Counted from the stretch's first letter, positions 36,700 through 51,040 are shown. The stretch is DNA of 64,000 nt from Yuukianura sp. NJ FZ-2021 (GCA_046563655.1 JAJCTO010000014.1:62001-126000), one strand, 5' to 3'. Notes: a model not told the origin generated them from the letters alone. Numbers and translations: made by a program.

Positions 36700-39600
36700 G
36701 TTAGCATCTTCTTTAAACAAGTTTCCATTTTGAAACTTGTTTTTAAAATCACAAATTTGAGATTAAATTTGCCAATTCACCTTGGAGTGGGTCACCGAAA
36801 GTGGCCACTGTTTAATTCTTTTTCATGTTCCCAAACTCTCAATTGATTTTTGGGTTAATCTGTCTGAAGACGAGTCAAAATTTATCTTGTTTGTTTCAAT
36901 TGAGAAGATTGACATGAAAAAGATACATTTTGTTACCATTTTGGCACAAGTCTGTCCCATTAGAAGCAAGGTAACTTACCTGGTTTCTGTGGTTTTGCAT
37001 CTCTAGTGAACTGAAAACCTGTTGGTTTTGGCAAAAGTAGAATCCACCTTTATCCACTTAGGGAAAAAGAGGACTTTTGGTTAGCTTTTAAAGCAGAAGA
37101 GGAAACCTGTTAATTTTACGAGCTACAGGAAAAGTGGAAGTGGTGGCATACTAAGTCTGCTTGATCTTCACAAGAGGAGGATTTGAATTTGGAATTCATT
37201 TGGAATTTGAGTGTCGACCGGGGACTAACTTAATTTTTTGGCAATTAAGTTACCATTTTAATTACAATTTTCACACGGTGGCCTTTGGAACGCCGCAAAT
37301 TCAATTTTAGACAAAATAGGAAACAACTACAAAGCAATTTGAGCGGAACTAGAAACATTTTTTGCGACATTTCTCAGTAAGTAACGAAAATTTTGCACAA
37401 ACGTACTCACAATTGAACTTCCCTTAAAGACAAGGCGTTTTGATAGGAAATTTTTACAAAATGTTAATGGAGACTAAAATATTTTTTTGGGATTTTTTTT
37501 TGTTTTTTAAAATTTTTGGTAATTTGGAAATGTTGCGTAATGGTGGTGCTCTAAATAATTGGAATGTAAATAATAGCGGTTGCAAAATTATTTCACTTTC
37601 GTTGAGCCTCCTGCTCTAATTGTTCCGCTACAAAAAAAAATAAGAACAAACAAACCATTTCTCCTGCATTTTCTTTCATTGTTCTTTTCAAAGTCACAAC
37701 TGACTCAACTCCTACAGTAACATACTTCCTACTTGTGCATATTGAAAAGTTTCAAAATTTTAAAATTCTAAAATTTACTCGTTCAAATTCCGGTTTTAGA
37801 AGATTTAGAGAACACGCTTAGTGCAAATCTTGCTTAAAAAAACTCAAATGGACAAAAAGTTTTTAAAACATTGTTGGTTTTAAATGGAATTTTAGGAAAA
37901 ACAGGCCGTTTAAAAAGACATGGTAATTGAAGCAGTGATGCATCACACGAAATCGGACAGTCAAGTGACCTTGGCCAGTCATCGACATGGCCCCACCATC
38001 AGGTAAAGTCACATTTCAACTTATCATTTGCCCCACCAAAAAAAGTGAACCACCACTCAAAACCTAGGTTAATTTATACCTAGATTGTGGACTACTAACT
38101 AAAGCCTAACATATTTTTAGGCATTTTTGGCATTTCCATTTTGTCACTGGCATTCAAGTCCCACTTTTGCAAATTTTTAAAAATTTCATTTATTGGAACA
38201 GGAAGTTTTAGAGTAATTTAAGTAATTAAGTTTTTGATTCAAAATTTAGTTAAAGTTTGATTTGTTCTGTGAAATGCCGCCTCCTGTTGTTGTATCGACT
38301 AAAGAGCAAGATGGACTGGTCCACTTTCTAAATTATTCAGAAATTGCAACATCATTGTCCTGGCTTCCTTAAATCAAATCCCAACACTACTCACCTCCAA
38401 TTAACCGCAATTAATCATGATCACCTCAAATTTTCAAAATTTTAACAAAAATTTAGCTAAACTGACAAAATAATCAACAGAAATTTCATCCACAGCTTTT
38501 TAACTACATTCGTTTTATCTTGAGGTAAACGGAAAGGTCGTCCGCCAAAACCGAAATTTCTAACATTCTGAAGTCCTTCCTGTCTTCCCAAAAATGAAAC
38601 TTTTCATTTTCAAAAACCAAAATTTTGGTTTTGCGAAGTTTCACTTTAGTGAAAATTTCGTTGCTATTTTGAAAATGTAACTTTAACAGTTATTTGCTTA
38701 CGTTGCTTGCTTGGCCAGAAAAGTGCCGTTTGTTGACGCATATTTTTCTGAAACTTTTGAATATTCCCGTTGTCTATTGTTGTTTTCCTAAAAATAAACA
38801 AGACGAGGCTTTTCCGAAAAGATTTTGAACCATAAGAAAACAATTTTGAATTTCAATTATCCCATTGTTTCCAAAGTCCATTGACGTATTCACATTTCTT
38901 TAGAGTCTAATGCAAAAATTGGGCGTGTCGCTGGAATCATCGGCCTCTGCCTGTCAAAAGTTTGATCACATTGGGATTTTAATTTAAAAAAGTCATTGTC
39001 TACCCGGGAGCAGCATCTTCATTGGCAATTGTTGGCAATCGGCCAGTGGCCAAAGGTCATTGACCACATCTTGACAGCATCTTTTGCTTCCGAGCAATAA
39101 ACAACATCACAAGGAAGTTGCACCCACTGGACGTCTTTTTTTATGCATGTCCTGCACGTATTCCGATTCAATTTTTGACAGGTTTTTGAACTCTGAAGTC
39201 TCCTGGGAGCATCTTCCCCCGGAGATCATTTTACAAATTGCAATTATTGTTGCAATTATATGCAAAACTTTGTACAATGCGAAATTAACATGGTTTTGAA
39301 TGTTTCTGCGAAGAGCTTACAGGAATGACTTTCAATTTTTGCAAAAAAAGTGCCTGAAGTACTTATTTTCAATTTTTTCAAAGCCCCTCGTGCGCTGATT
39401 TTCAGTTTTCGCAAAAAAGAAAGTCGGCTCTTCAGTAACTCAAAATTTGCAATATAGTGCGGAATTTTTTTCAGGTAAGCTGCAATTGCAGTAGGAAGTG
39501 AGTTGGGTTTGGTTTTTTTTGTACAGTTTTTTCTTTTTGTTTGCAAAGATGATGGTGGAGATTTTGCAAATTGGTGTCATCTCACAAGATCTTTTTTGTT

Positions 39601-42600
39601 TGATTAATGTGTGTGATTGCTTAATTTTTTTTGCTTGTTGTGTCTGCATGATAAACGTAACTTGCCATTTCTTTACAATTTTTTTTCAAAAAGTATCTTT
39701 TTTGAGTAAAGTCATTGACGCTTGGCTACTCCCAGACTCCAAATGCCCAAATTATGTAAAATCTTTTGCCACAAGGCGAAATTGCCAATTTGAAGAAAAA
39801 GCAGGAGTTTTACAATTGTTATGCACTTCAAAAGATGGAATGTTACAACTAGTTAAACATGTCCCGCCATTTTGAATCTCGTGCCAAATTGCCAAAATTG
39901 CTCTTCACTTGTACAAATTTTAGCAAGTCGAGAACAAGCCAGAGGTACAAGTTGAAAGCAAGCATAAGATGGATTGGTGTTTGCCAATTTTAGGCATGTG
40001 ATGTTTTAATTACACTTAAATTACTCATGATTGAGGGAAAGCCGAAAATTACACAAATTTTGCAATTATTGTTCAAGGACGATTTTGTAAAATTTTTTTA
40101 GCATGAGAAAAGAAGTAGAAATGAACCTATCCAGGGAAAAGTTGGGTTGAATTGGGTAGAAAATGGCATGTCACTTTTTGCATTTTTTTTCGCATGTGCA
40201 ATTTTTTGTCATATATTAGGCTTTTGATTTGATATGGAAATGACACGTTCCAATTCTCTAGTCAGTTTCGTTTTTAAAATTTTTGCAAACTGTAAAAATC
40301 ATGACTGTGAATCCATTCGTGCTGAAGTTTAATTGTGTGACGGTAGGTTTCGAGGTCAAAATTTTGCACAATGGATAAAGGTCGCAGAATCGCAGAATTG
40401 TGTTTAGTCATTAGCGAATTTTGGAGTCCAACAAAGGAAAAGGCGTACACGTCAGAAAGTTCACTCGCATGGGAAATTTTTGTTGTTTTTCAAAAACTGG
40501 CCAACTCAAATTCATGTTTTTCATAAAATTAGAAATTGGATCTTATCTGGTAAATTCCAGCACTTCAATTATTTTTTCCCACGAAACGGATTGAGACCTG
40601 AATTTCATCGTAAGTTTACGTTGTTTCTGTTTTTGGACAAAACTGGAAACCAAATTGGCAAAAATTTTGCAACAATTTTCTGCAGAATGCCAAATTAGGT
40701 GTTTACAGTTCCCCAACTTTGTCAAATGAAACCAGTTACATAGTCATCACTCTCATTTTGGTAATGATGTATTTTCCACTTCAATGAAATTCGCCATGAT
40801 GCAGATTTGCGAATTTTTAGATTTCGAAGAAAAAAAACAATTTTGGTCACTTTTGGGAATCTTTGTGCCAAAAGCTTGTGTAAAATTGGTCTTCTCAGGA
40901 AATGCAGAAAGCGAGACGGAATGTTTAAGTTTAGCTTAACAAAAGATGCTTCTTAGCACGTTGCGTTATTCTTAGGATTAAGTTGTGTTTCCATTTCAAT
41001 TTCCTTGTCTTTGCTCTCCAAAAATTCACATGATTACTTCCTTCCGCCATTCTCAGCTTTTCAGTTCGAAGATTCCAAAAATTGTGGAAATTTTGTTTTT
41101 TTGCTTTTTTTTTTGTTGAAAATTTGAAATTTGCTATGTAAAAGTATGTTTGATGATTGACTGGGTGGGGTTTGATGAATAATTGATCAGAGTGTCACTT
41201 GACACCTCCAGCACCTGTCGCTGACATCAACATTTTGGCCAAACTTGTTCTCAGTTGACATGATGAAAAATGATCTTGAGCTTTGTGCCAATACAACAGC
41301 TTGGTCCACGGTCTATGACACCCATCTTCCCATTCCAGTACAACCTTGTGTTAAAACTAACAATTTTCAATTCAGGATTCTAACTTGATTTATCAAGTAT
41401 AGGATTTCAAAAAAAGTAACAACTCAATACTTTCCCCAAAATTGTTGATACGCAATATCATTTTTTGGAATTTTTTGAAATTTTAAGCTCTTAGTTACTC
41501 CCTCCATTCCTGGAACCATATTGTTTGGGTATTGCGCATGATTTGGCACGGAAAAAACAATAGTTTACCAGAATGGAGATTTAAAACAGAAAGACGAATT
41601 TGGGACAAGTGTTTTTAAAAAAGTGAACATTTGAATTTTCAAAACAACGACTTTTGTAAGATTAAGTTTTGAATGTTTTTGTAAGGTAAAGGCGCCTTAG
41701 AGCTTATGCATAAAGAGGGTTTTGCCAATTTCTGTTCCTGTGTTTTGAACTAATATATTTGCATTCTTTTGCAATGTTGATGTTTTAATTAGAGTTTAAA
41801 TCACTGGGGACTTCCACTTCTGCTAAACTTAAGACGCTAACACTAACACTCTACTATGCACTCCATGTGAAGTGGAAATGGAGCAGATCATTAGTTTAGA
41901 CGAGAGTGCCAAATTTCTAAAATTGGCGACACAGGACGCTTGATTGCGAAAAATTTGCACACTGTTTACTTTAATTTCAATTTTTTAACACTTCCTAGTT
42001 ATAACAAGAAAGATAATTTCATCTTCCTAGAAGACTTAGATTATAGTCCGACTTTTTCCAGAAAAAAAGTTTTGTTTTGTAAAAAATGGACAGTTTACTG
42101 TAATTTATTATAATTTGAGTCAGGATTTATTAGGGATTAGATTCGCTATAATTTGGCTACTTTTTTGCACAAGTAAATCAAGTTGTTTGGTCTTCTGGTG
42201 TGACGGATGTTGTGCAGTATGAAAAAAGTGGTTCGTTTTTTGGCGAATCAGAGTAGAACACACTGTTGCTACAATTATCAACATCGGAAGTCCACTTCTT
42301 CCTTTTCCATTCAATTCTTAGTTAACTGGCTACGCATTTGCAAAAAAATAGAGTTTTCTTTGCAAAATATTTTTGGCAAAAAATTGTTGCGTAAATTCAA
42401 CGCTTCAAGTTTTGGAGCTTTGTAGCGCTTGATAAATTTCCGCTTTTTATCAGTTTTTGTCAAAGTTGGAACTTTTTAGTTAATTGTACAAAGTAAATCT
42501 TAAGAATTGAGTTGACCTTTGAAATATATTAAATAGAATGCTTTTTTTTTGTTGCACTAAACAATGCTTCAGTGCTACCCTAATCGCTGAAACAGCGAGA

Positions 42601-42862
42601 AGAGAAAGTAGCAGCGTCTTCATTTACTACTGCTTCTGTGGACCAGAGTTTCAGTCATCTCTGAGTTCCCTCAAGACACAGACGTTAACCGAAGAGAAAG
42701 CGTCAGTCACAGAACGCTGTCCCAAATTGTTCATTTCAATTAGCAAAGTCTAAATACTACGTCACTAAACAATTAGAAAGTCAAGTGTGAATTTAACAAT
42801 TACGCAGAAACTGCACCAGTCCAAACCTGACTCACACAAATCCATATTTAAACTCCTTAACA

Positions 42863-45800
42863 ATGGAGTCCAACGTGTATGAAGTGGATCGAAGGACTTA
42901 AGTTGATGTCCAATTTTGGTCAAAGTTCAATTTTGAAATTTAATTTTTACACAATTTATTGAAATTTGGAAATAACTCAATGTTTTGGAGGAGAAGAACA
43001 AGTGGACTGTTTAATTATTGTAGAACAAAAACTGAAAAACTTAGCTCGGGTGTTTAAAAAAAAGTTAGGCATTTAAAAAAAATACTGTTTTGACATTGGC
43101 AATTGAATGCAAAATTCACCGAGTAGCAACGGGGTTGGTGGGGTTGGATTCCAACATTCCAACAAGATCAACAATCCGAATCTTCACAATCACACTAGCA
43201 GTCTCAGGTCCCCCTTAGCCCTTGAATCAAAATCTCGAAATTTTCAAAATTTCATTTTTTTTAAATTTCAGACCTCCACCATGGTGGAATCGACGGAGTC
43301 GTTTGGAACGCAACTTGGTAATTGCCGTGGGGTTGTTTGTCGTTGCCTGTGCAGCTCTCGTTGTACTTTTGGCTTCTTCTGGCTCAAGTCGTGTTTCAGG
43401 TAAATTTTAAAACAATTTTTTTAAATTCGTGTTTTTAGAAAATTAAATTTTTTGGAACCCAAGCATGTCACCTCATTGCATTGTCCACCATTTTATGTTG
43501 GCGCACGACAATGCACGCTAGCACTGTTTCGCTTTCTGTGCAAAAGTACACTCTAAGTAGAAATGCATGTTGTGGTTTGGTGACCTTTTGACCTAATCAC
43601 CAACGGCAAAAGAAACAAAAATCTTCTGTTTGTCATTTGTAACGAGTAAAGTGTGAATAATTTCTTAAGTCGTGTACTAAAAGAAAGAAATGTTGATGAT
43701 TCGGAATTGATGCGAAATTGCAGCAATTTATGAAAACTGAAAGGTCATCGGGATGCAATTTGCAAATGTAAAAAAAATGCAAGGATGCATCTCACCTCAT
43801 AACTTCATGTTCGCAAAACCTCGTTTGTGTTTGTCTTGTGGAAGTGTCTCACTTTACTTTTTTTTCACTTTTTTTTTTGCAAGTTAGTCAAAGAAAAAAA
43901 CGAGTTTTTATTTTATTTCAATTACTATTGCCAATTTCGTGCTTCAAAATGAGGAAAGTGGATTACAATTTGCACAAAAAAAGAGAAGTCTCATTTGTTA
44001 TATGTACAAAATTTCATTTTTTGACGAACCTGCTAAAAAAGGAGAATCTTATTGTAAATTTAGAGTTGTGTAGTAGACAAACACAAGCGCATTTTTCTAC
44101 TTTTTTGAAATAAAAACAAAAGGGAACTCACTTTTCATGCTTTTTCATAAACTTGAAAAAAGTTGATTCTCATAAAACAGCTCTTTTGTTTGGAGAGAAA
44201 GCAGAAACAGGGTTTGAGGTCAACTTGACCTCGTTTGAAAAATGACAATAACAAAAGATGGTTTTGGGCACAAAAGTTTTTTTTCCCCGCAAACTCAAAG
44301 TTTTGGAAATGTAGTTCAAACAGTTGACCTTGGCACAAGGTCAAGGTCAACTTTTTCAAATTGAATTGTCCCGCCCGTCACTTGTTGATTGACTGACACT
44401 TCCCCTATCGATCTGCTCCAGTGAACTGGAATTTGATTTGATTTTTATTGTTCCTATTTGGCTTTTTCAAACATTCTTCATTTTGTTTCTAGATTTGTTT
44501 AGAATTTGAAATGTTTAAAAAATTGGACATTGTTGCATGGTAAATTGTTGAAATGCTTTGCCTTTGTTCACCTCACTGCTATTGCACGTTTGCTTTTCCA
44601 GTGTCCTCGACTGACAAATCTGAATTTATGCCTTCACCAGAAGCTCTCTCCAACAACCACCTTGATGAAGAGCAGGCAGGTCAAGGGGACCCAAATGTCT
44701 GTCTCACCAAGGGATGCGTCCTTTCAGGTATTTTTTCAAACAAATTTCAGAAAAATCAGAAACCGAGTTCAAAATTTCATATTTCCTAGCATTTCATTCC
44801 ATTCTACTACACTCATACACTCTACTCCAACGAATTTCTTCATCTTAAGGCCGTTTCACACCGGAGCTCTGGATGGATTTTCCGTCCACTGGACGTCCAG
44901 TCCATGGATAAAATTTTGACTCTTTCACACCAGATTTTGGGGAAAGCGAGGGGTGGATTTTTTTTCCATGGATGGATTTTCCGTCCATTGGAAAAAAATT
45001 CCATGGATGCGGTGTGAACAGAGATTTTCCATTGAATTTCTGAAAAGCAAGTAAATGACCGGCGCGGAATTGTAATCCTTTTGCGAGTGACATGGCCCGT
45101 GACACATGAAAAAATTACCGTCAAAGTGGGTCAAAGGTCAAATTTCGAAATAATTGCTTGATTTTTCTAGAACTTGGCTCGTATGTGTCATATGACCTTT
45201 GACGCAATGCTGAAAAAGGTGTCATGATGTTTGACCTTTGACGTGACCTTTGACCTTTGACATGATCAGTTCCTTCCATTTGAGTATAGTTTTATCAACC
45301 TGAGTAGTTTTGCCTAACGGAACCTAACCTATAGTCTCAGGGTGTGGTCGCAGGGTCGAGAGTCATGAGTCACTGGACAGAAGTTGATCCCATCATTGAC
45401 CTAAGCAAGTTTGGTAGAGGTGAATCTTTCGGCTGGCGCGCAAGTCACAAAGTTTTTCTAAATTGGACACTTCAGCTTTACTATAAACAACTAGATTAAT
45501 AGCATGGCGCCATGCTTAACTTTACAACTCGTCCCCGTCGTGCAGTTTACCATCGTTATCCATTATAACTTTGATTAATTGTAAACAATAATTAACTTTC
45601 TACTAAAATCAAAGCGAAGTTGTAGTTGTGTATTGTTATTAAAAAAAACTAGTGCTGTTTGATTTGTTTTGTCGTTTTAAACTTTCGATCAGCGCGCCCG
45701 TGAGAAAATTGGGGCAAGGTAAGACAAATGTTAACTCAATCCAGACCAAAAGTTCACCTGAATGAACTTTTGGTCTGGATCGTTTCTCCCATCTCTCAGC

Positions 45801-48800
45801 ATTACAAGAAAATCCAGTGGAAAAAATTTCCATGGATGGATTTTTTCGGTGTGAAAGAACGGAAATCCAGTCCATGGAAAAAAAATCCACCCCAACTTTC
45901 TCTGGATGATCCATCCAGACGGATTAAATCTGGTGTGAAAGACTGGATTGCCGTCCAGTGGAAGGAAAATCCATCCAGTGGTCCGGTGTGAAACGGCCTT
46001 TACACTAACTTTTTTTGAACGTGTTGTTTTTTAGCTTCCACTTTGATTGCCAACATGGATGAGTCGGTGAATCCTTGTGAGAACTTTTATGACTTTGCTT
46101 GTGGTGGATTCGTGAAGAATACGGTGATTCCTGACGACAAGACGCAGATGACGACATTTGGGATGCTAAATGACAAGCTGGACGAGCAAGTACGGATCCT
46201 CGTGGAGGAGCCACTCATGCCCGATGAACCAAAGCCCTTTGTCCTAGTCAAGAACCTCTATCAATCATGCATGAACAAAAGTAAGTTAACTAACTGACAT
46301 TTAGTCAAGTGCTCAATTAATTACTCTTTAGTTGAATCAACAAAAGACCAATTTCAACTAATTGCTCAGATTTAACTCAAATCTCTTTAGAAAAAAAATC
46401 AGTTCCTACCCCGCACTCGTCTTCGAATTAAAAACAATTCTGAGAAAAACTGGAATTTTTGATTGGTGCGCATTTTCTGAAACGTGATTCAGAAAATTTT
46501 CTGAATGTTCAAGGCGATTCAAAATTTGACCTTCCACATGACTCCAAAAAAATTTTGGGGAAAGATTTCTAAAGATTTTCAAATTCGACAGGTTTAGACA
46601 AAACATGGTCACGGTTTGTCCTGTAAGTGTGGACATGTCAGGCAGTTTTGTTTGGCAATCGTAACAATTCTGTGACCAGTCACACCCTCACACCTTAAAA
46701 CATGTCACGCGTTTTGAAATACAAAAATTAGTTTCTTTTTGAAAAAAAAAAACAAGCTTTGTTTTTGCCAAACAACTTCGTTTTTGAAAAGTATCGCAAT
46801 GATGTACAGATATTTTCATTTAAAATCACTGACGCTTCCGATTTCATTAAATTTTTCCGCGTACTCGTAAAATTACTCATCGTTTACACATGTACCTTAA
46901 CAAAACCGGAATTGCAACTTTGTTTAACAACAAACCAGTAATTAATATTAGGTATATAAATATATGTTAATATGTATAAATTGTCATAAGAAGTAGATTT
47001 ATGACTTCAAGGAAGAAACCTAAAAAGTCATTCTTCCGAATTGACTTCCTCAACTTCTTTCTCTTCATTTTGGTCACAAGTTGGCGTCAAAAACTTAATT
47101 AACTTATTTAACCTAATTAAACTAATTAGATGTTAGGTTAAGTTATGTTTTACGCCAACCTATGCCTTACCGATGTCACTTTTGTTACTCAGGTCGCATA
47201 GAAAGCTTAGGAATGGATCCGATGATCAACATCCTGAAGACTCTTGGAGGTTGGCCTGTACTGGAAGGGTCCTCGTGGGACCCTGCCACCTTCACGTGGA
47301 AGGACTCCGTCTACCGGTTTCGTCAACACGGGTACTCAGTTGACTACTTTATTGATTTCTCAGTGACTACGGATGTCAAGAACTCCACGTACAGAGTCAT
47401 TGATGTAAGTACAAAAAAGTCAGACTTTGGTGGGATTCGACCTGGCGGCTATTGACTCACATGGGGGAATACAACTTATTGTGTCTTTCCAGATTGATCA
47501 ACCTGCTCTAGGGCTGAGTCGAGAGTACTTAGTCAAAGGGCTCGACGAACCGGAAGTAAAGGCTTATCACAAGTACCAAGTAAGTAGTGGCCAGAGGGGC
47601 CTGGAAGGACCTTTCCAGCGATTCCAAAAGCTGGAACTCTGGACAATTCCTTCTGTTTCAATTCATTTTTTACTTTAAGGTTGATTTGGCTGTGATGCTG
47701 GGAGCTGATCGGATTGTCGCTGAAAGAGAAATGGCTGATGCGCTGGAGTTTGAACAAAAACTGGCAAATGTAAGAAAAAACTGAAAAATTTGACCAAAAA
47801 CCGGAACAATTTGTAATTTTCCATTTTATTTGTCATCTCTTCACTTTTCTCTCCAGTTTTCACTCCCAAGAGAAGAACGCCGAAATGTTACAAAACTGGT
47901 ACAAAAAGAAACTTCATACTTAAAAATTTGCTCATTTTTGGAAAATTTCTTCAAAATTTTGTACTTTTTCTGAAAAGTACAATCCGATGACAGTGGGCGA
48001 ACTTCAAGAGCGCTTCCAGTCCATCCCCTGGATGGAGTACATCAACAAAATCCTTCCGCCCAAAGTCCAAGTCAAGAATGACGAGGTCATCATCGTCACA
48101 GTTCCAAGCTACATTGAGAAGCTGGAGACTTTGCTCTCAGAAACTGAAAAGCGTGTCCAGGCCAACTACGTCATGTGGCGAGCAGCAGTAAGAATAATCG
48201 CTGAATATGAAACAAATCGCTTAAATTTTGAATTCGGGTCAAGCGCTAACAATTTCTGTTGACCTGTGTCAATTTTAGGCCGCTTCTGTAAGTTACATGA
48301 ACTCTGCTCTTCGGAAACTTCAGTTAGACTACACCACAGCACTCACTGGAAAAGGTGAACGTGAACCGCGCTGGAAGGAATGCGTAGGAGTCGTTTCCGG
48401 TAAAATTCAAAATTTCGAAATTTTGAGAATCAAGGTTTAACGTTTTTGATTCTTTGTTACTTCAGCATCTCTGGCCAATGCCGTTGGAGCTCTCTACGTC
48501 CGTCGTCACTTTCAAGTTAGTTTCAGTTTTGTACTTTTTTGAAACAACAGTGCAATTTCCAAAGTTTTCAAAATTTGATGTCAAAATTACTTTTTAGGAA
48601 GAGGCAAGGGCCACTGCTCTGGAAATGGTAGCCGATATTCGAAAGTCGTTTCTGGAAATTTTGGAAGACATTGACTGGATGGATAAAACTACACGGTGAG
48701 CTAAGCAAATTTCGGTTTTTATCAAGACTAAAATCGCTTTTTTAGTCGCTCCAAGTTCAAATCTAATTGAAACGACAAGACTCTTTCCTTAGTGTTCCTT

Positions 48801-50353
48801 TTCGGTTTTTTTTGAAAAGGAAAAGTTATTTGTGAAATGACCTCAGCTAACCACTTAACTTCCTCTCTCCTATTTCCTCATTTCCTATCTGATGGATTAT
48901 GTAATTTCACTTGGACGGAACAAAAAGTGTCTCTGGAGACCACTTTGTCCATAATTTCAATTTCACTTTTTCACTCTCCCTCCCACAGGAACTAAATCTT
49001 GTCTTTTTTCTTGTTCTAAAACGTTGTTCTAAATCTTTGTTCAAACAGGGGAAGGGCATATGACAAGGCCCTGTCCATGGAGTCACACATTGGATACCCC
49101 AAGGAACTCCTCAACAATACTAAACTCACAGAACTCTATGAAGGGGTGAATACTTGAAAAAGAGTTTTTGAAATTTTGAAAAATTAAGGTTTTTGAAATT
49201 TTGAGATTTGTGATATTTTTGTGTCTTTAGTTGAACATGGGTAACGAGTCCTACTTGGAGAACGTTCTGAATTTGACTACGTTTGGAACTGACTATGCTT
49301 ACAACAAACTGCGCGAACGTGTGAACAAAACTGATTGGATTTCCCATGGTCGTCCAGCAGTCGTCAATGCTTTCTACGCTCCACTCGAAAACTCAATTCG
49401 TAAGAAACTCAAAACTTTGAAACTATTTTAGAAAACTCAGTTGATTTTGAACTTTTTGTGCTAAATCTTCTTTGCAGAATTTCCAGCAGGAATTCTCCAA
49501 GGAATTTTCTTTGCAAATGATCGACCGAGGTAATTTTGACAAAAAAAAAGTTGCAAAATTTTGCAAAACTGAAATTGAAATCATCCGTTGAATTATTTTT
49601 TGTAGGTACCTCAACTACGGCAGCATTGGTTGGGTCATAGGTTAGACTTGATGTCAACATTGAGTTAATGCTGAATTTTTCTTTTTTCCACTTTTTAACA
49701 ATTTGAAAATTTTGGAAATTTTAAGGTCACGAGATTACGCACGGTTTTGACGATCAAGGACGGCAGTTTGACAAGGAGGGGAACTTGTACGATTGGTGGG
49801 AACCAACCACCAAGGAAGCCTATCTCCGCAGAACCCAGTGTATCATTTCGCAATACGGAAACTACACGGTACCCGAAGTGGGTATCAAGGTGAGTACCGG
49901 CTTAACCTTTGACCTTTGACATTTTGAGTTTGACCGAACAATATGTTTTAGCTGAACGGAATCAATACTCAAGGAGAAAATATTGCCGACAACGGTGGGA
50001 TTAAGGAAGCCTATAAAGCCTACCAGTCCTGGATAGAACGTCACGGTCAAGAGAAGGTCAGTTAATACTTTTTTGCATGTTTTAAGGTCAAAGGTCAAAT
50101 GTGTACTTTTGAATTTCAGCGCCTCCCTGGTCTCAAGTACAGCCAGAACCAACTGTTCTGGATCAGTGCTGCCAATGTTTGGTGCAACAAGTACCGACCA
50201 GAGTCCCTCAAACTCCGAATTCTGACGGGGGTCCACTCCCCAGGGGAATTCCGTGTCCTTGGGCCCTTCTCTAACATGAAAAAGTTCAATGAAGACTTCA
50301 ACTGCCCCATTGGAAGTCCAATGAACCCTACAAACAAATGCTACGTCTGGTAG
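42863..50353 (+). CDS. Neprilysin (M13 zinc metallopeptidase, Nep2-like), type II membrane protein; first coding exon ambiguous (37920, 42863 or 43107)
   Basis: TM exon 43272-43399 ([33 protein letters not shown]); [33 protein letters not shown] (HExxH, split by intron near 49640/49726); GENIADNGG; ends [20 protein letters not shown]. Confidence 0.95.
44848..45999. mobile_element. PIF/Harbinger-type non-autonomous element in a neprilysin intron, 1152 bp
   Basis: TIR AGGCCGTTTCACACCGGA / TCCGGTGTGAAACGGCCT; TTA TSD at 44845-44847 and 46000-46002; imperfect inverted arms of ~170-190 bp built of TCCA/TGGA and TTTCACACC units. Confidence 0.88.
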
Positions 50354-51040
50354 ATGCCCCACCATACTTCTTGACCCCCCGGAGGTCAAGGTCAAAGGTC
50401 ACGCCCTTTGAAACTCACAACTCCATGTACCTTTCTTTGGACACTCTAGTCGAATAGGCATGGAAATCATAAGTTCCCACCCAATTTGTATAAAACGTAA
50501 ACATTTCGATAGGAAATTATGAAAACTACTATCGTTTTTAGAAACGTATTTCAATTTAAATTTAAAAAAACGGTTAAATTTTCAACCAAAAAATATTTAT
50601 GAGCAAGTGCACGTTCAGTTTTTTTTCGTGCGCTTGAAGTAGCATCAAAGGTTAAAATTTTAGTAATTTTAGACATAATTTTTTTAGTTTTTAGGAAAAA
50701 CGTGTAGTTTGGACTAAATATTTAAAATATTGTGCCAAGTTAATTAAAATTAAGGTTAAAATTCATTTCAAATCAACCTCTCAGGATCTTGTATAAATAA
50801 ATATAAATAAAAAAGTTTTTATTCTCTACATTTCCTGATTTAAAGTGTTAAAGTGTCTGGATTCTGGTACCTTCTGGTCCAAAAGTCATGAGCCTCCAAT
50901 GATATGAAACACGCCGCTTCAATTGCAATGTCCAAAAAAAAGTGAAGGTCAAAGGTCAAGGTCAAAGAGGTCATCAGTGAAGACACTAATCAACAGCACA
51001 CCAGTCTACCTTGTTTACCCGCTATTTTGTCCTAAAGTCT

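Noticed and set aside
36912..36970. ATG-initiated segment with GTAACT donor as another neprilysin first exon
   Set aside because: Phase 0, incompatible with the phase-2 TM exon.
49862..50395. 177-aa minus-strand ORF
   Set aside because: Antisense to neprilysin terminal exons; no independent coding features.
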